From Callorhinchus milii (lineage: Eukaryota): DNA of 64,000 nt. Each line of letters begins with the position of its first letter. The first letter of the stretch is position 1. Under the pieces are notes generated by a model. That model was not told where the DNA came from. It saw only the letters and a program-made list of their open reading frames with translations, and did not search any database. Positions 41,072 to 54,825 of the stretch are shown here, in pieces. The DNA lies in assembly GCF_018977255.1 (NCBI RefSeq), contig NW_024704743.1, positions 50,160,001 through 50,224,000 of the forward strand, read 5' to 3'. A program made the position numbers and the translations under genes.

Positions 41072-43059
41072 GCAGTGAATCTTCAAATGTTGGTGTGTGT
41101 ATTTTCCCCTCTTTTTGTAATACATTACTAATTTAGTAATTGCACCTTTCGTGTAGGTAGGATGTCTCAAAGCGCTTCACAGAATTTTAATGACTGTATT
41201 GTATAGGTGAATGTGGCAGCCAATTTACGGCAGCAGGGTGCAGCAAAAAGCTGTGAATTAATGACCCAATTTTATCAGGGCGATTGCTAACCAGGACCCC
41301 AGGTGAAATTCCCTTTATTTAAATAGTACTATGGCATCTTCAAAGTCGACCTGAACTGGCAGATGGGATCTTGGTTTAATGTCTCATCTGAATGACAACA
41401 TCTCCAATAGTATACTGCTCTTTACACTCCCTCCCCACCCCCCACCCAAAAAAAACACTAATGGAGTGTCAAACCGGACTAAGTTTAAAATTCCGACTTG
41501 AGTCTTGAACCCACAATTTTCTGACTCTGAGACAAAAGTACTCCAAACTGAGCTAGATTGACACCCTTCGTTTGCAAAGCTAGTATGTGTAAATTGACTT
41601 TAGACTTGCTTTGGGTCAGATAGAACCTGCAGTATAAAGGGTTGCATATTAGAAACCCTGTTTTCCCAAAGGACCCGGATTTAAAACTGAAAGCGAAGCT
41701 AAAATGCTAAGCTTCGTGACTCTTCTGTAATGGAAGTGAATTCAATTATGATCATTTTCAGTGCACTTATAGCCTTGGGAAATAGTATGTAGGCTGATGC
41801 ATTGATTGGAGTCTACTGCAAGCAGGCTCAACATTTAATGACTGAATGGCAAAGTATTCCAATTTTAAAATAAAGTGGTCGTGACTTGTGGGATGACACT
41901 ATGTGTAACCCTGGATGGCACAGGCCCCAAGGCTATTTTAATTCGTCTTTATTGAAGCCAAATTAGATAAATGTTGATAAATGTTGCTAGCTGAGAGTCG
42001 CTCCTCCTGCCTGTGTTGTGTAGCTAGTTCACAGTCTTCCCTTTTGCCAGACATGTGGCCAAATAAGTGTCACCCCTAGTCCATCTTTGTGGGACACTGA
42101 GCAGAATTGCATTCCGGGAAAAAGAACTTATGCTGCTCTTTGGAGGATCAGCCTGGGTGTCTGACCCATGCAGAAAACCATCACCATGTTTAAGAATATG
42201 TGAACCAAACGTATGCATCCCATCTACACATGGAAATTCCAGAAATAGATTGTTGGGATGGAATTGCAGTCTCTCACTTGAGGGATGGATTCTACTTACC
42301 GACTTCTGGACAATATTAAGTGCAAGTTGGCAAGAACCAAACCTCAGGAACCCCAGATGTGTGTGGGGGTACTGCTTCAAGTCTAACCAGCTAAAACTAC
42401 TATGAAAGTTGTGAGACTCGAGTAGGAAACTTGGGATGAGAATAGAAGCCCATCTAGTTATGTCTTGGTGGCATCAAGGACATAAAATGGCCCTTATTCA
42501 TCCTTTCACTGAAAGCACTGTCTGGCTAGCTTGTCCAGCTAGGACCACTCTAACCTTTAGGGCTGTGGTTTGCAGGTTTATCAGGAGCTGAGTGGAAAGA
42601 GTCCCTGACCCCAGTGACTGGTCTGTCCTACTGGACTTGGCTGTCAAAAGCAATGCCCAGGAATACTGAGGACCTGCCTGGATCATGAACCGGACTACCA
42701 AGGCCCCAACGAATGAGCATTTTTATGTGAAGAGATTATTATTATTATTAAGAGATGAATGAGGACCATCTTACAGGAACTCTACAGAGTAATGGAAGCA
42801 GTTGTAGTTAAGTATGTAAATAAATTGAGTTTGTTTTATTGTCCCTCTTTAGCCACTTAAAATGTTGGGAAGTATGCTAATTCCAGCATACAATACTCAC
42901 AGGAAAGGAAGTTTGATGCAGAGTAAAGCTTCTTTCTCTACCAACAATGTCTCAAATCCAACTTCAGAAGTGCACACTCTACTTTCCATTAAAAAAATCA
43001 TTATGATCTCTCTGTGATACTGCTGATTAATGCTGATTCGGGGTCAGTTCTATACTGTG

Positions 43060-43210
43060 GGCCTGAGCCTGCTGGGAACTAGGTTGAGAAATGGCCTCCA
43101 TCTCATTTCACTCGCAGTCAGGAAACCGACGATTTTCATCTCATCAATCTGACCTGGATTTGAACCAAGATCCCAAGGTGAAAATCGTGTGCGGATCGAC
43201 TACATCATCC
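43060..43210 (-). mobile_element. Ancient SINE head resembling LF-SINE
   Basis: Minus strand TTTCACCTTGGGATCTTGGTTCAAATCCAGGTCAG...GTGAAATGAGATGGAGG recalls the LF-SINE 5' region. Recognised from memory only. Confidence 0.35.
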
Positions 43211-44464
43211 AGCGGCTGTCTTGTTCAGTTGATTTGAGTCTCAATGCAGCATGCATTTATAGAACAACGTGTTTCTAGTGACTCCTTTTGTTCTAACTAT
43301 TTCTGTTGTGTTTGATAATGGGCCACATTTTGAAAGAGACTGGAACTGAAGGCTTTCCAAATTGCTGAAATCGCTGCGTCTTAAGAGATGAATGTTTAAC
43401 TTGCCTTTGTTTATTGCTTTCAGTAGCATTCTTTGTTACTCCACTGTTATGTTGAGTTGAAAGCTGTTTAGATGAAAATAAGGTGTACACTGCATCTGAT
43501 AACTGAATATCTCTGCAGTCTGCTGATAATTCAGCCGCAGGCTGTTACCTGACTGAATAAAAGGAAAGTCGGTTTCCCACAGCCTTGTCTAATGTGACAA
43601 CTCAGTGTCCATATTGTATCCGGGAAACTTGTTTGGATTGTGAATATTAAAAGGAAGAAATACAGTTTAAAAATGGAATGCAAACACTACACAATGAAAA
43701 TTGCTGAGACTTTTGATCAAAGAGTTTATGATGTACATTTTTCAATGAGAGAAAAATAATCTAGAGATAGTTGATGTTAAAATGCTGTATTGACCAATAT
43801 GTTTTAAGTGGCCTAATTTAAGAAACTAGGTGCATTGTGAAGCTCTTAAGTTGAACTTAAGAGCAGCTTGTTACAGTATGTACCCCATACGTCTCAGTAC
43901 ACTGGGCATTATTTACAAATGACAGACAGTGTGACATGATGTACCAGCTTGATTTCATATTTACTGTTTGTGGGAGTTGGAGAAGGGTTTCCAGAATATT
44001 GCTGTACAGCTTGCATAGTTTCTCCCTGCTGAGTGTGTTAAAGGTTTCATCCTGACTCAGGCGTTTTACCATATGCCTTTCACATTTCTGTTTGGCTTGC
44101 AAGGGGAAGCTGACTGCTGTTGGCAGGAGCTAGGAATGACCAGTTCTTGTGAATTCTCCTCTCATCAGTCTTGATGAATGCATGATTTGTTTTTATTGGG
44201 GGGTGGAGTGGGTGGGGGATCCTGTCCATCAATGTTCGTGGGATGCAGTACTTTATGCAGTCAAATCAGAAAATGTTTGGGAGTGCTTTTTAGCTTTAGA
44301 CAGTAATCAAAAATCATCTTTACCAAGCTGTACAGTATTTTCATCCTTATGTCGGTACTTTGATCTGACAGCCTAGTCTGATGCTTCATTACAAAAAAAA
44401 TCACGGCAATGCTGTGGAGTGCTGCATTTTTGGAGGTACCATCCTTTGGATAAGATGCTTAACC

Positions 44465-46390
44465 ATTTAGTGACTACCCGAAACACCACTTTTCAGTGCC
44501 ACTGAAATCAGCGAGATCCTTCTGTAGTTTTTGATTTCACAAGGGTCACCCTTCTTGTAGACAGACACCATAATTACAGTCTGGAACACTGACAAGCTGT
44601 GTGCCTCAGAGAGAATTCTGTTGACCAGTGCTAGGACGGCAGCTCCAACTTGAGTTGTGGGTTCTTGGCTTGGACCTTTAAGATCCTCACCATTCTCCAT
44701 CAACTTCCTCAGAGCAGCTTTTAGGAATTTAGCATTGATGCTGTCTGCACCAGTTCCCTTGCCATTGGCAAGTAGATTGGATCATTAAGGCCTTCAATCC
44801 GGTCCACATCAGCTCTTCAAGCCTCCATGCAGTTGGGTCTCTGCTCCAGCCTCTAATGTTCCCTCCAGACCCCAAGGATACCCTCATAGGTCTGTTGTAG
44901 AATATCAGACTTGTTCAATACTGGTATGGGCCCAGAGGGGCTCCTCCAGCCATGGCCGACAACAGGTTTAAGCGAGCGGAAGAAAGTTTTGGGATCGCTC
45001 CCACTTTCGGAAAATGCGGGAAGCGGCTACAGAGAGGAAGGGCTCTGGCCTACACTGACCTGCTGCTAAGCTCCTTGGAGGCAGAGGCGGTGTCACAGTG
45101 GGTACGTCTATTTGCCAAGACGTCTCGCATGAGGACCTGGATTGAGTAGCTGGTGCTAAGTATGCCTGGTACACAACATTGGACTTGGACTTCAAGAACA
45201 TCAATGTGGCTGGCACATCACAAGCTGTCCTGTAAAGATCCTCCCACCATGCTGAAGGCAGATGCCCGCCAGGTAGCTGATGAGGAAACTCTGAGGCTTG
45301 GGCAACAGCTGCTGGAAGGCGCTGGAGTCTGAGTTTGTGAACACACGTTCGTACGTCCAGTGCCTGGAATCCACCTTGATTGGCCTGCAGAGAGGCAATA
45401 GCTGCTGCTTAAATTCCACACCTCCAACTGGTGGAACCATCGCTCAATGAGAAGGAATGTGTGCCCGAACTGTGGACAGGAAGACGGTGGCAATGCTCTC
45501 ACGATTTTATGCTGAGATGTGTTGTCCAATGGGAAGCTCAGAGAGAGTTCCATTTACCAACCATCCACCTAGTGAGGCTCAAACCCTCGCTTGTCGGATG
45601 CCAAACAACCAACTGGTGACTATCTTCCTTGGGGGCTTGGTAACCAGGGTCTCCTTTGAGCTGAGCTGGCTCGAAGGTGACATGCTTGGCAACTGAATGT
45701 CAGAATCGAGCCAGCCCTCTGTGGCGGTCCTCTTAGTAGTCCGGTTTCTGAGCCAGGTGGGTCCACAGTATTCCAGGGCACTAATGATGACAGCACAGCC
45801 AGCCTGGCTCATTGGCAGGACTTGGAAAGGCAGACCAGTCACTGGGGGAAGAGAGTCATCTGACTCAGCTCCTGTTAACCCTGCAAGCCAAAGCCCTAAT
45901 GGGTAGGGTGGTCCTAACTGGACAAGTAGTGGGAAAGCTTGCCAGACAGCAATGGCATGCGATTTTAGCTGGTTAGACTCTAGCCGTACACTGTACTGTG
46001 GACCCGCCTGACTCAGGAACCAACTACCAAGATCACCAGAGGGTTGACTTGATGCTGACATTCCGTTGCCAAGCATGTCACCTCAGAGCCAGTTTAGCTC
46101 AAGAAGACCCCACTCACCTTCTGGGAGGATCTTTACAGGATGACAAGCCAGCCAGCTTGATTTATAGAGGTCCACGTTCAATGCTACTTACAAGTTTGAT
46201 TTAGCTGCTTAATCCAGATCCTCTGTGAGGGTCTTTGGCAAATCCAAATATCTTTTCCAAATGTACCCACTGTGATGTGAGGCCGTCTCTGCCTCCAGGG
46301 GACTCAAGATTGTATATCGTTGTAGACCGGATCTCTCTTTCCCTGCAGCTGTTTCCCTTTTTACCACAAATCTACTTCACTGCTACATCT
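44465..46390. mobile_element. Rearranged, degenerate non-LTR retrotransposon pieces (clade not determined)
   Basis: Minus 44465-44780: GKGTGADSINAKFLK...VYKKGDPCEIKNYRRISLISVALK (start of RT). Plus 44950-45600: RTWI..LV...PGT...TW and CPNCG...H...C..W..QR (C-terminal CCHC-like knuckle), then a 3' UTR to about 45990. An inverted second copy lies at 45990-46390. Confidence 0.7.
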
Positions 46391-49300
46391 TGAACTTCAC
46401 AAATGGGCTGAAAGAAACCCCTCTTCTGAAGGCACAGAAACTGAGAACTATGAAAGAGAACTGTTTGTGGACATGTCTTATATGCCATATACATCTTGCA
46501 GTTGAGTGTTTGGGATTCTCAGTTTGGTTTGGATGCTTTTAAGCAATGGTGATGGGTTTCCGTATGTGTCAGACACCCAGTTGACAAAAATAAATTGAAT
46601 GCTTACCTGCTCAACTTGAGACAGCTGTTTGGTGAAGTTTGAAGTTAATTTTATTCATTTCTACCCATACTATTTTTGCAATCCTTTCACTTATACCCAC
46701 CCTTCCATTTGTTATAACTTCCAAAGACTGCATCCTAGCTTAGTTGGTCTTTCAATGCAAAACTTTTGTAGATCCATCTTCTGTTCCATCTTTTCCTTCC
46801 AGCTATTTCTGTACACCCATTACACTGACTGCATATATTTTGATTTCCAAATGTTTATTGCTATTGCATTTTGCTTTGGTGCAAAAGTATTTAGGTTTAT
46901 TCCTCCACACCTTTTAATCACTATTTGAACCTTGTTTTACAATATTTGCATATGCTTTTTCCTTTTGAGCAATGAAAGCATTTATCTATGTTTCAGCCAC
47001 TCCATCTCCAGATCGCATTTGTGACTTTCAATTATTGTTTTTGTTTTGCTCTCACAACTTAACTCCCACGTAGTTACGTGTCAACAATCCTAAATTCTGT
47101 TTACCAGATAAAGCTCTTCAGTGATCAATGGAATTAATTCTCTTTGGTGTCTGTCTATGTTTGCAAACATTTATTTGAAGTTGGTCATTTTTCTCCTCTT
47201 CACGCCTACTTACAGTATTGAAAATAACCCAGATCCCATCTGCACTCTTTGCTTTAAACCTACCCCAAACCTGCATATTCCTCCTTCAGCGATCCATAAA
47301 ATAATTTCACTGCATGCATAATACCACCTACTGGTTACCTGACGCCCCTTTCATCAGCTCATCAGTTTTTCTGTAGCCTTTGCCATGAAAAACAATATGA
47401 TGTCTTCAATATTTCCTTGGTATATCTCAGTATCCAGGTATCTTACTGAATTATGCATTGCAATAGTTTCTCTATTTCATGACTTTCTGTACCATTTTAC
47501 CTCCAAATGGCGCACCGCGCAATATAAGAGAAGGCAAAAAATTCCACACTGGGTTTTAATTTGCAAATTCTCTCTGTACACGTGTTCACACATGGGTTAC
47601 ACAGGTTGCAAATTGGACTCCTTCATTTTTATACTCCTCACCCAGCCCAGGAATCCAGTCCTGTGCAGCTTCTGTTAAAGGTCTCTGCGGTATTATCTTC
47701 TAAGATTGTACTTGCTGTTATAGATTAAAGCAATTTCTTTCTCCTGTAGATCTAATTTCTGCTTCTAATTCATTGTTAAGCTCCTCCAAATCATGAAATC
47801 TTTTATCTAATTTAATTCTCTTTTTGGCAAGAATCTGAACCCATTCACTGAATGTTCCTGACATTTCCACTGCTCCTTTTTTTTTCTAAATTAAAGAAAA
47901 AATATTTTCTAAATTACTTTTTTTTAAAGAAAAAAATCTGATTCCCAAGTTGAAACCATTAGAGATATGTTAAGCATTTTCTGCTTCTTTATTTTACATT
48001 CCCACCCCCAGTTGTTTGCTTCACTTCCTTATGGGAGTGGTGCAGGTATCTTCAATCTATACAGTTGTGTAGCTTAACACCACATGGGCTATTCCAGGAG
48101 CACCCAGGAGATGATCTACTGACTGCGTTCTTTTATTTGTGAACACCTCACTGAATTTGTTGGTGTTCTACCCAACTAGAGAAAAGGCACCAGATCAGAG
48201 ACTTTTGAGGATGCCAATCTCACAAGGCTGAATTGTGTCATTTTAAGTGGACACTTTAGGGTCTAACATGCAGAAATTTCTAACTAAATTTGTTAATGAG
48301 GAAGTACGCCATGCCAACTCCCGAGGACCCACTCCGATGCAATCTAAATTTGGAGTGTACTTCCTGCTGGTTGCCATGACACTTGGTGTATTTCTAGTGA
48401 CTAGGATGAATCCCCACTCAGAATCCTTATTAAGGAATCCACTTAGTGGCAGATTATACCCCTTAATATCCTTTTACAATGAAATCCCATAACTGAATTG
48501 AAATGAAGGGCAAACTTTGTAAACACACTATCCAGAAAGTGTATTACAATCTATCCAGTCATCAATATCTTTCCTAATAAATCACAAAGATCCTGATCTT
48601 CCTTTCACCAATGAAGGACATCTAACTTTGCAGAGATAATACACTTGGATCAGCAAACTACAAATTGATCATTTATGTTTTTCCACTTTTTGATTTTGTA
48701 ATAATTTAATAGCATTTGTAATTTGTTGCAAGAACTGAATCTGCGGATGCCTGTCAGTTGATCACAGTTAGGCAGGGCATTCTGTCTGTAACTGAATGTG
48801 GTCTCAATTGGAGCTGCAATGTAACAAGTCTTTTAGACAGCGGCAAATCTAGAGAGAACAGTGCTGATTGAATGAACCCAATGATATTAGTGTGATGGCC
48901 CCTACCTACTGCTTCACCCTTTATCTACTGAGATAACACTTTGCCTTAACTTTCAGAATGAACTTGATCCTGGGCCTAAAGTGGAGAACAGAGAGTGAAG
49001 TCAGCTGACACTCAGGTGCCAATCTCCATTATATTTTACTTCAGGCTAGGTTTCCTCTGTTGGACCCAGATTGCATAAGAAATTTGACTATGTCATTGCT
49101 CAGTCATCCATGCTGGGTGTAATTTGTGAGATTTCTTAACAGAATTTCCCAATGAGGATTCAAAGTCATGCAAAATACACTGGAAATATGTCAAACTTCC
49201 CATGGGATTTCTGCTTCAATGAGATTGACTTCCAAGTCGAATTCCTGTGAGTTGATGGGAATTCTTATAAAATTACCACCGCAAATTAGAAATAAATCGA

Positions 49301-52300
49301 TGATCTTCAGCCCAACTGTTGCTGTGTGATTAATTTAATCTGATTACACAGAAAAAAGGAATGGAATGACAGCATTACTTTGTAAATGTGTTGGAGTTTG
49401 CATAAATAATATGGTTTTGTATACAAAAGTATTTTTTTTAAAAAGTGTACATGGTGAAACACGTTGTTCAACACTTTAACTTCCTTGTGCTAGGTTCTTT
49501 ATCTTGGGACGTCCTCCCAATATGAAAGGCGCTATACAAATGTAATTTTGTTGTTGTTCTTTGCTTGTACATGTCTATGTGTGTTTTGTTTAATTTTGAA
49601 TAATAAATCTTTGCATTTGATATAACGCCTTTCATATTATCAAAATGTCTCAAAGCCCATCACAAGATTTATTGTAAAGTGCAGTGACTATGTACTTTGT
49701 AGACACGGCAGCAACTAATTTGCACGCAGCAATGTCCCATAAACAGCTATGAAGTTAATGACCAGTTTTATCTGGGGGACACCGGGAGAAACTCTTCTTT
49801 TTTCAAATAGCACGATGAGATTTTTAACATCCACGTGAACAGGCAGATGGGACCTCGGTTTAACGTCTCATCTGAAGGATGACAATGCAATGCACCTCAG
49901 CAATACTTTAGAGTGACAATCTAAGGTCCCACTATGGGGTTTGAACCCACAACCTTCTGACTCAGAGGCAAAAGAGCTATCAACTGGGCCAGGCTGACAC
50001 TTTGTAGGGAGTGGAAAATAGACTACCACAGAGATGGATTGTATCAGAAAATTCAAAAGTAAATTAGCTAGAAATTTGGTGAACCAATCTATTAAAGGTT
50101 GTGGGAGGTGAATAATATATGATTTTTCATTCACTTTGGAGCCAACCAGATGGACTACACAGGTCTTTTCTGGCCCTGTATATTTGTATTTCAATAAATT
50201 ATCAAAATTGTTAAATCAGAAACAACTTGGATTTATATTGTGTCTTTTGCATGAAACAAATATTTCATCGAGCTTCACAGAATGAGATATATTAGAAATT
50301 GAGTGAATGTGAACACGTAAACAGGCCATTCAGCTCAACTAGTCAGTGCTGGTGTTATACTCCACATGAGCCCTCACCACTCTATTCTCTTCTCCCTCTT
50401 ATATCCATCAAGTTTTGCTCTTAAATATATTGATGCTTTTTGCTTCAACCACAGCTTTTGACAGTCAGTTCCACATTCTAAACTCACTCTTAGATCTAAA
50501 AACAGTTGACAAACATCAATGACAATTTATGAGACATTTTAGGGTGCAGAGATGAAGTGAATGTTTTGGAGCTCACATTGAAAATCTATTTTATCACTTT
50601 ATGGCATGTGAGCTCAGTGAGGTATTAAGTGTCAGGTTGGCTTAGTTTGGTAGCACTCTCACCTCTGGGGAGTTCAGGCTCTGTGTCAAGCTCACACTCT
50701 AGGCTCACACTTCATCAAGTACCTGGGGAGTGTTGGATTATTGAAGGTGTAGTCCTTTGGATGAAATGTCAGGTGCTGTCTGTCTGTTCAGGTAGGTAGA
50801 CATTAACAATCCCATGATATGATTTGACTTTCACTTGGTGTGGTGACCGTTGATCCTCAAGATTGTTGTTCCAATAGGAAACATAATTGAAATATTAAGG
50901 AATCCTGTTCTGAAATATGCATTATTACCCCCACAATATTATTACACAGTTGGTATTACTTGTGTCCACCTGAGTTTTCAAGCTGTCCACCCCAGCAATA
51001 TTTTTACTTGCGTTCCTTACACTCTCAGATTTTTATCAACTATCATTGAAACATATTCTGTCACACTAAATTTTAAAATAATTTTACATAGAACACTATT
51101 CAGTAGTCAATTGAAAACAGTTTAAACTTCACACATTGGACACAAGAGATTTAGAGATCCTACTTACAGTAATTACAAGTTGCTTATAAAACCTGCTTCT
51201 AAATTAGTACCGAATTTTAAGAAATTCCCAAATTTTGTGCCACGTTATTTTAAGGTGCTGGTCTTTGGGGTAAAACTGTATGAAAGGGGCTAAACCTCAA
51301 GTCAGTTCTTTGACTCGGAAATATTTGGATAACAGTTCATTATTTTAAAAAAACTGTTTATAGTTTTAATCATTTTCACTTTTATTTTATAGCTTTGTAA
51401 ATGTGTTGTTGCTGTGGAAATGTTACCATATGTTATAGCTTTAATTAAGTGAACACTGAGTACGTATTGAGTGAGTTTAATTAGCTTAATGCAAATGCCA
51501 TTTCCAGTTTGATACACACTAGAAATTAAACAGCTGCCGTGATGCAATCTCTACTTGATTGTAATCTCACTGCAGAAAAAATAGAGCATAAAAAACACTA
51601 TATATAGACTCTGGATAATTTAGAATGGGCAGGACCATATTGATTTTTTAATTAGCCATTACAATTATTACAGTGAAGTTGAGCCATCTGAAATGTTACC
51701 ACACAGACAGCTATAGTGTACTCTTAAGTGCTGATGTTGCCTTGCACTTTATAATAATAATAATCCTTGCATTTGATATAGCTCCTTATCATGTCTTTGA
51801 CAAGTCTCAAAGTGCTTCACAGAAAATACTGTAAAGTGAATTGACTGTACATTTTGTGGGTGAAACGGAACAGCCAATTGTGCACAGCAACGTCCCACAA
51901 ACAGTCGTGGATTGAAGTGAGCAATTTATTATTATTTTTTGGCGAACACGGCAGCCAATTTGAACACAGCCATATCCCGCAAACACCCATGAAGTGGATA
52001 ACTGACTTTATCGGCAGATTGTTCGCAAGAACATCAGGAGGAATTTCCTTCTTTCTTTGAGTAATGCCATGGAATTTTTAATGAACAGGCACCTGAACAG
52101 GCGGATGGGACCTCAGATATTGTTTTAAGTTGGACAGACAATGCTGCACTCCTCCAGCACTGTATTTGAGTGTCAGCCTAGATTATGAAATCAGTGTCCT
52201 GACATGGAACATGAACCCACAACCTTTTGATTCAGAGGCAAAAGTACTACTGACTGAGTCAGGCTTACACTAAAGCCTATTTAGGAGAACGTTAAGATCC

Positions 52301-52884
52301 CATGACACTATTTGAAAAAAAAGTGAGTTTCTCCTGGAGTCCTAGCCAACGATCTTCCAGATAAATTGTTTGAAACACAATGTTTGCAATATTCTTAAAT
52401 TATTAGCCACTTTGTTTGCTTTTTCAAATTCTAGAAAACCTTGTTGTCTTTTGGTTCCCGACAGTTGGCAAAAGCACTTTGCTTTATAGGCTTTTATTTT
52501 GTTTATTCCACGTCTCTCGGCTGAAAACTGGACAGGAAGCAAATCGCTGATCGTGATGGCAAACTAGAAGACTAGAACTTATTAACCACAAAATTGTGAA
52601 TCATAAACTGGAAGTTGCACTTAATGTAACACATTTGGTTGAAGGCAATCGGCGAGTAGAGCATGTAGATATCAATGAGGAGAAGACAGTGGATAGAGCC
52701 CTGAGGAACTCTGCATATAATGATGCAGGGATAAGAGGAGAAGCCATTGGCAGACAAGAAGTGAAGACATAATAATTGCACTATAGGCCTAAAACAATAC
52801 AGGGTGTATAGAGAGCTAGATATCTGCACTAAGGCCCATTGTGGATATGTAAACTATTATACCTGACTAACACATAATATATGT

Positions 52885-53530
52885 GGAATCCTGCAGCTCA
52901 GTGGTTAGAGCACTCGCCTCGCAAGCGACAGAATTGGGTTTGATTCCCAGAGAGGGCAAAACCCTAGACAAGTTTCCTTATTCCACACCTCTGTTTACCT
53001 AGCAGTAAGCAGGAATCCAGTTGTTAGTCGATTGGTGGATCGCTTTCTGGGGTAATAATACCTTTAAAAAATGGTGTCACTCAATCCATGACTGTTTGTG
53101 GGACACTACTGTGCGCAATTGACTGCTGAGTTTCACCCACAAAATATGCAGCCAATTCACTTTAAAGTATATTCTGTGAAGCACATTGAGACATCTCAGA
53201 CACATGATAAGGTGCTATATCAAACACAAGGATTATTATATTATTATAATGTCTTGTACTATCCAGGCAGGGCGAAACCTTGGGCAAGTTTCCTTACTCC
53301 ACACGCCTAATAATAATCCCTCCAAAACTAAAAACAATAATTAAATTGGTCATTTTCAATCTATGACTGTTTGTGGGACATTGCTGTGCGCAATTGGCTG
53401 CCGCGTTCGCCCACAAATATACAGTCAATTCACTTTACAGTGTGTTCTGTGAAGCGCTTTGGGACGTCCTCCTGACGTGAAAAGCGCTATATCAAATGCA
53501 AGGATTATTATTATTATTATTATTATTATT
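52885..53530 (+). mobile_element. Two tandem copies of the tRNA-SINE (about 52885-53250 and 53262-53530)
   Basis: A/B-box head then body and tail; the second copy starts at CCAGGCAGGGCGAAACC and ends in (ATT)n. Confidence 0.88.
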
Positions 53531-53724
53531 ATCCAAAAACTTCAATCAGGAGTTGTCCATCACTATTGCACCACACTGTATCCAAGACATTGCTCTCTCT
53601 CTGGCACTCTTATCTGTGCTTTCTCTCTCTTTGTCCCCCGCAACACTAACACTCATTTGTTATTTGTCTCTCTAATACTAATCTGCATCAGCTCACTGAG
53701 CTCTACCTCGAGTTACCAGTGTAA

Positions 53725-54175
53725 ATGATTCCAGGGTTTAAATGGTTAAATTATGAGGACAGGTTGCACAAACTTGGTCTCTATTCCTTTGAGTTTAGAA
53801 GGTTGAGGGGTGTCTGATTGAGGCTTTCAAATTAATAAAGAGATTCGATAGAGTAACTATTTCTTCTGGTGGGGAATCCAGAACAGGGGGGTATAATCTT
53901 AAAATTAGAACTAGGCCATTCAGGAGTGAAATTAGGAGGCAGTTTTTCATCCAAATGGTAGTGGAATCTGGAACTCTTTCCTCCAAACGGCTGTTAATGC
54001 TGCATCCATTCACATTTTCAAGACGGAGGTAGATGGATGTTTGTTAGGTCAGGGTATTAAGGGATATGATAAGGGCGGGTAACTGGACTTGAGGCACAGA
54101 TCAGCCATGATCTTATAAAATGGCGCAACAGGCTTGAGGGGCTGAATGGCCTACTCCTATTTCTATGTTGCTATG
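53725..54175 (+). mobile_element. CR1 LINE 3' end
   Basis: TATGAGGACAGGTTG...AGAAGGTTGAGGGGTG..CTGATTGAGG...GGCTGAATGGCCTACTCCT..TTCTATG. Confidence 0.85.
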
Positions 54176-54825
54176 ATGGCCTGGGATGATTGTTAGATTT
54201 TCCAGCACCTAGGCTAAGAAAGGAGAGAGTGAACAGTGGGAGCTCAGCAGTGATTGATTCAAAAATAAATGTTTGCTGTTACTAAAGGCTGAATTTCTGA
54301 AAGTAATAATCTCACAAACATTATGAACACCATCATACATCAAGAACGTGGAATACTGAAAGCTGTTCCCTACAGTGATGGCTGCTTGCAGCACACACTC
54401 ACATGCACACACAAACACAAAATAGCCTCACATAACTTTGGAATAATATGCATTATAAATAACAGATGCCAATCATTGATTTTCAAGCTCTAACCTGGTA
54501 AGATTATGTTGAGTTTATTGTGTTATCTGGAATCCTTGATTACATTTTTCTTAGTTAGCTCTTATTATTTACGTAACATTTGTTGAGAACCCTCTGGCAT
54601 GCATACGACTTCCCTCAGCTCCTTCACACGTCAAGAACTGCTCAGATAATGCTTTGCAAATCAATAGCCTGTGAAGGACTCTTAAGTCGGCATTCAAACA
54701 GCAGACAGTTCGCTCGATTAAATGTATAAAATTGTATGATGAGATTTTAATTGTTCTTCACTTCTGTAAATTGGGTGAATCAAAGTGCTCTCCTCCCAAA
54801 GCTGCTTCAAACATCCTAATCAATG

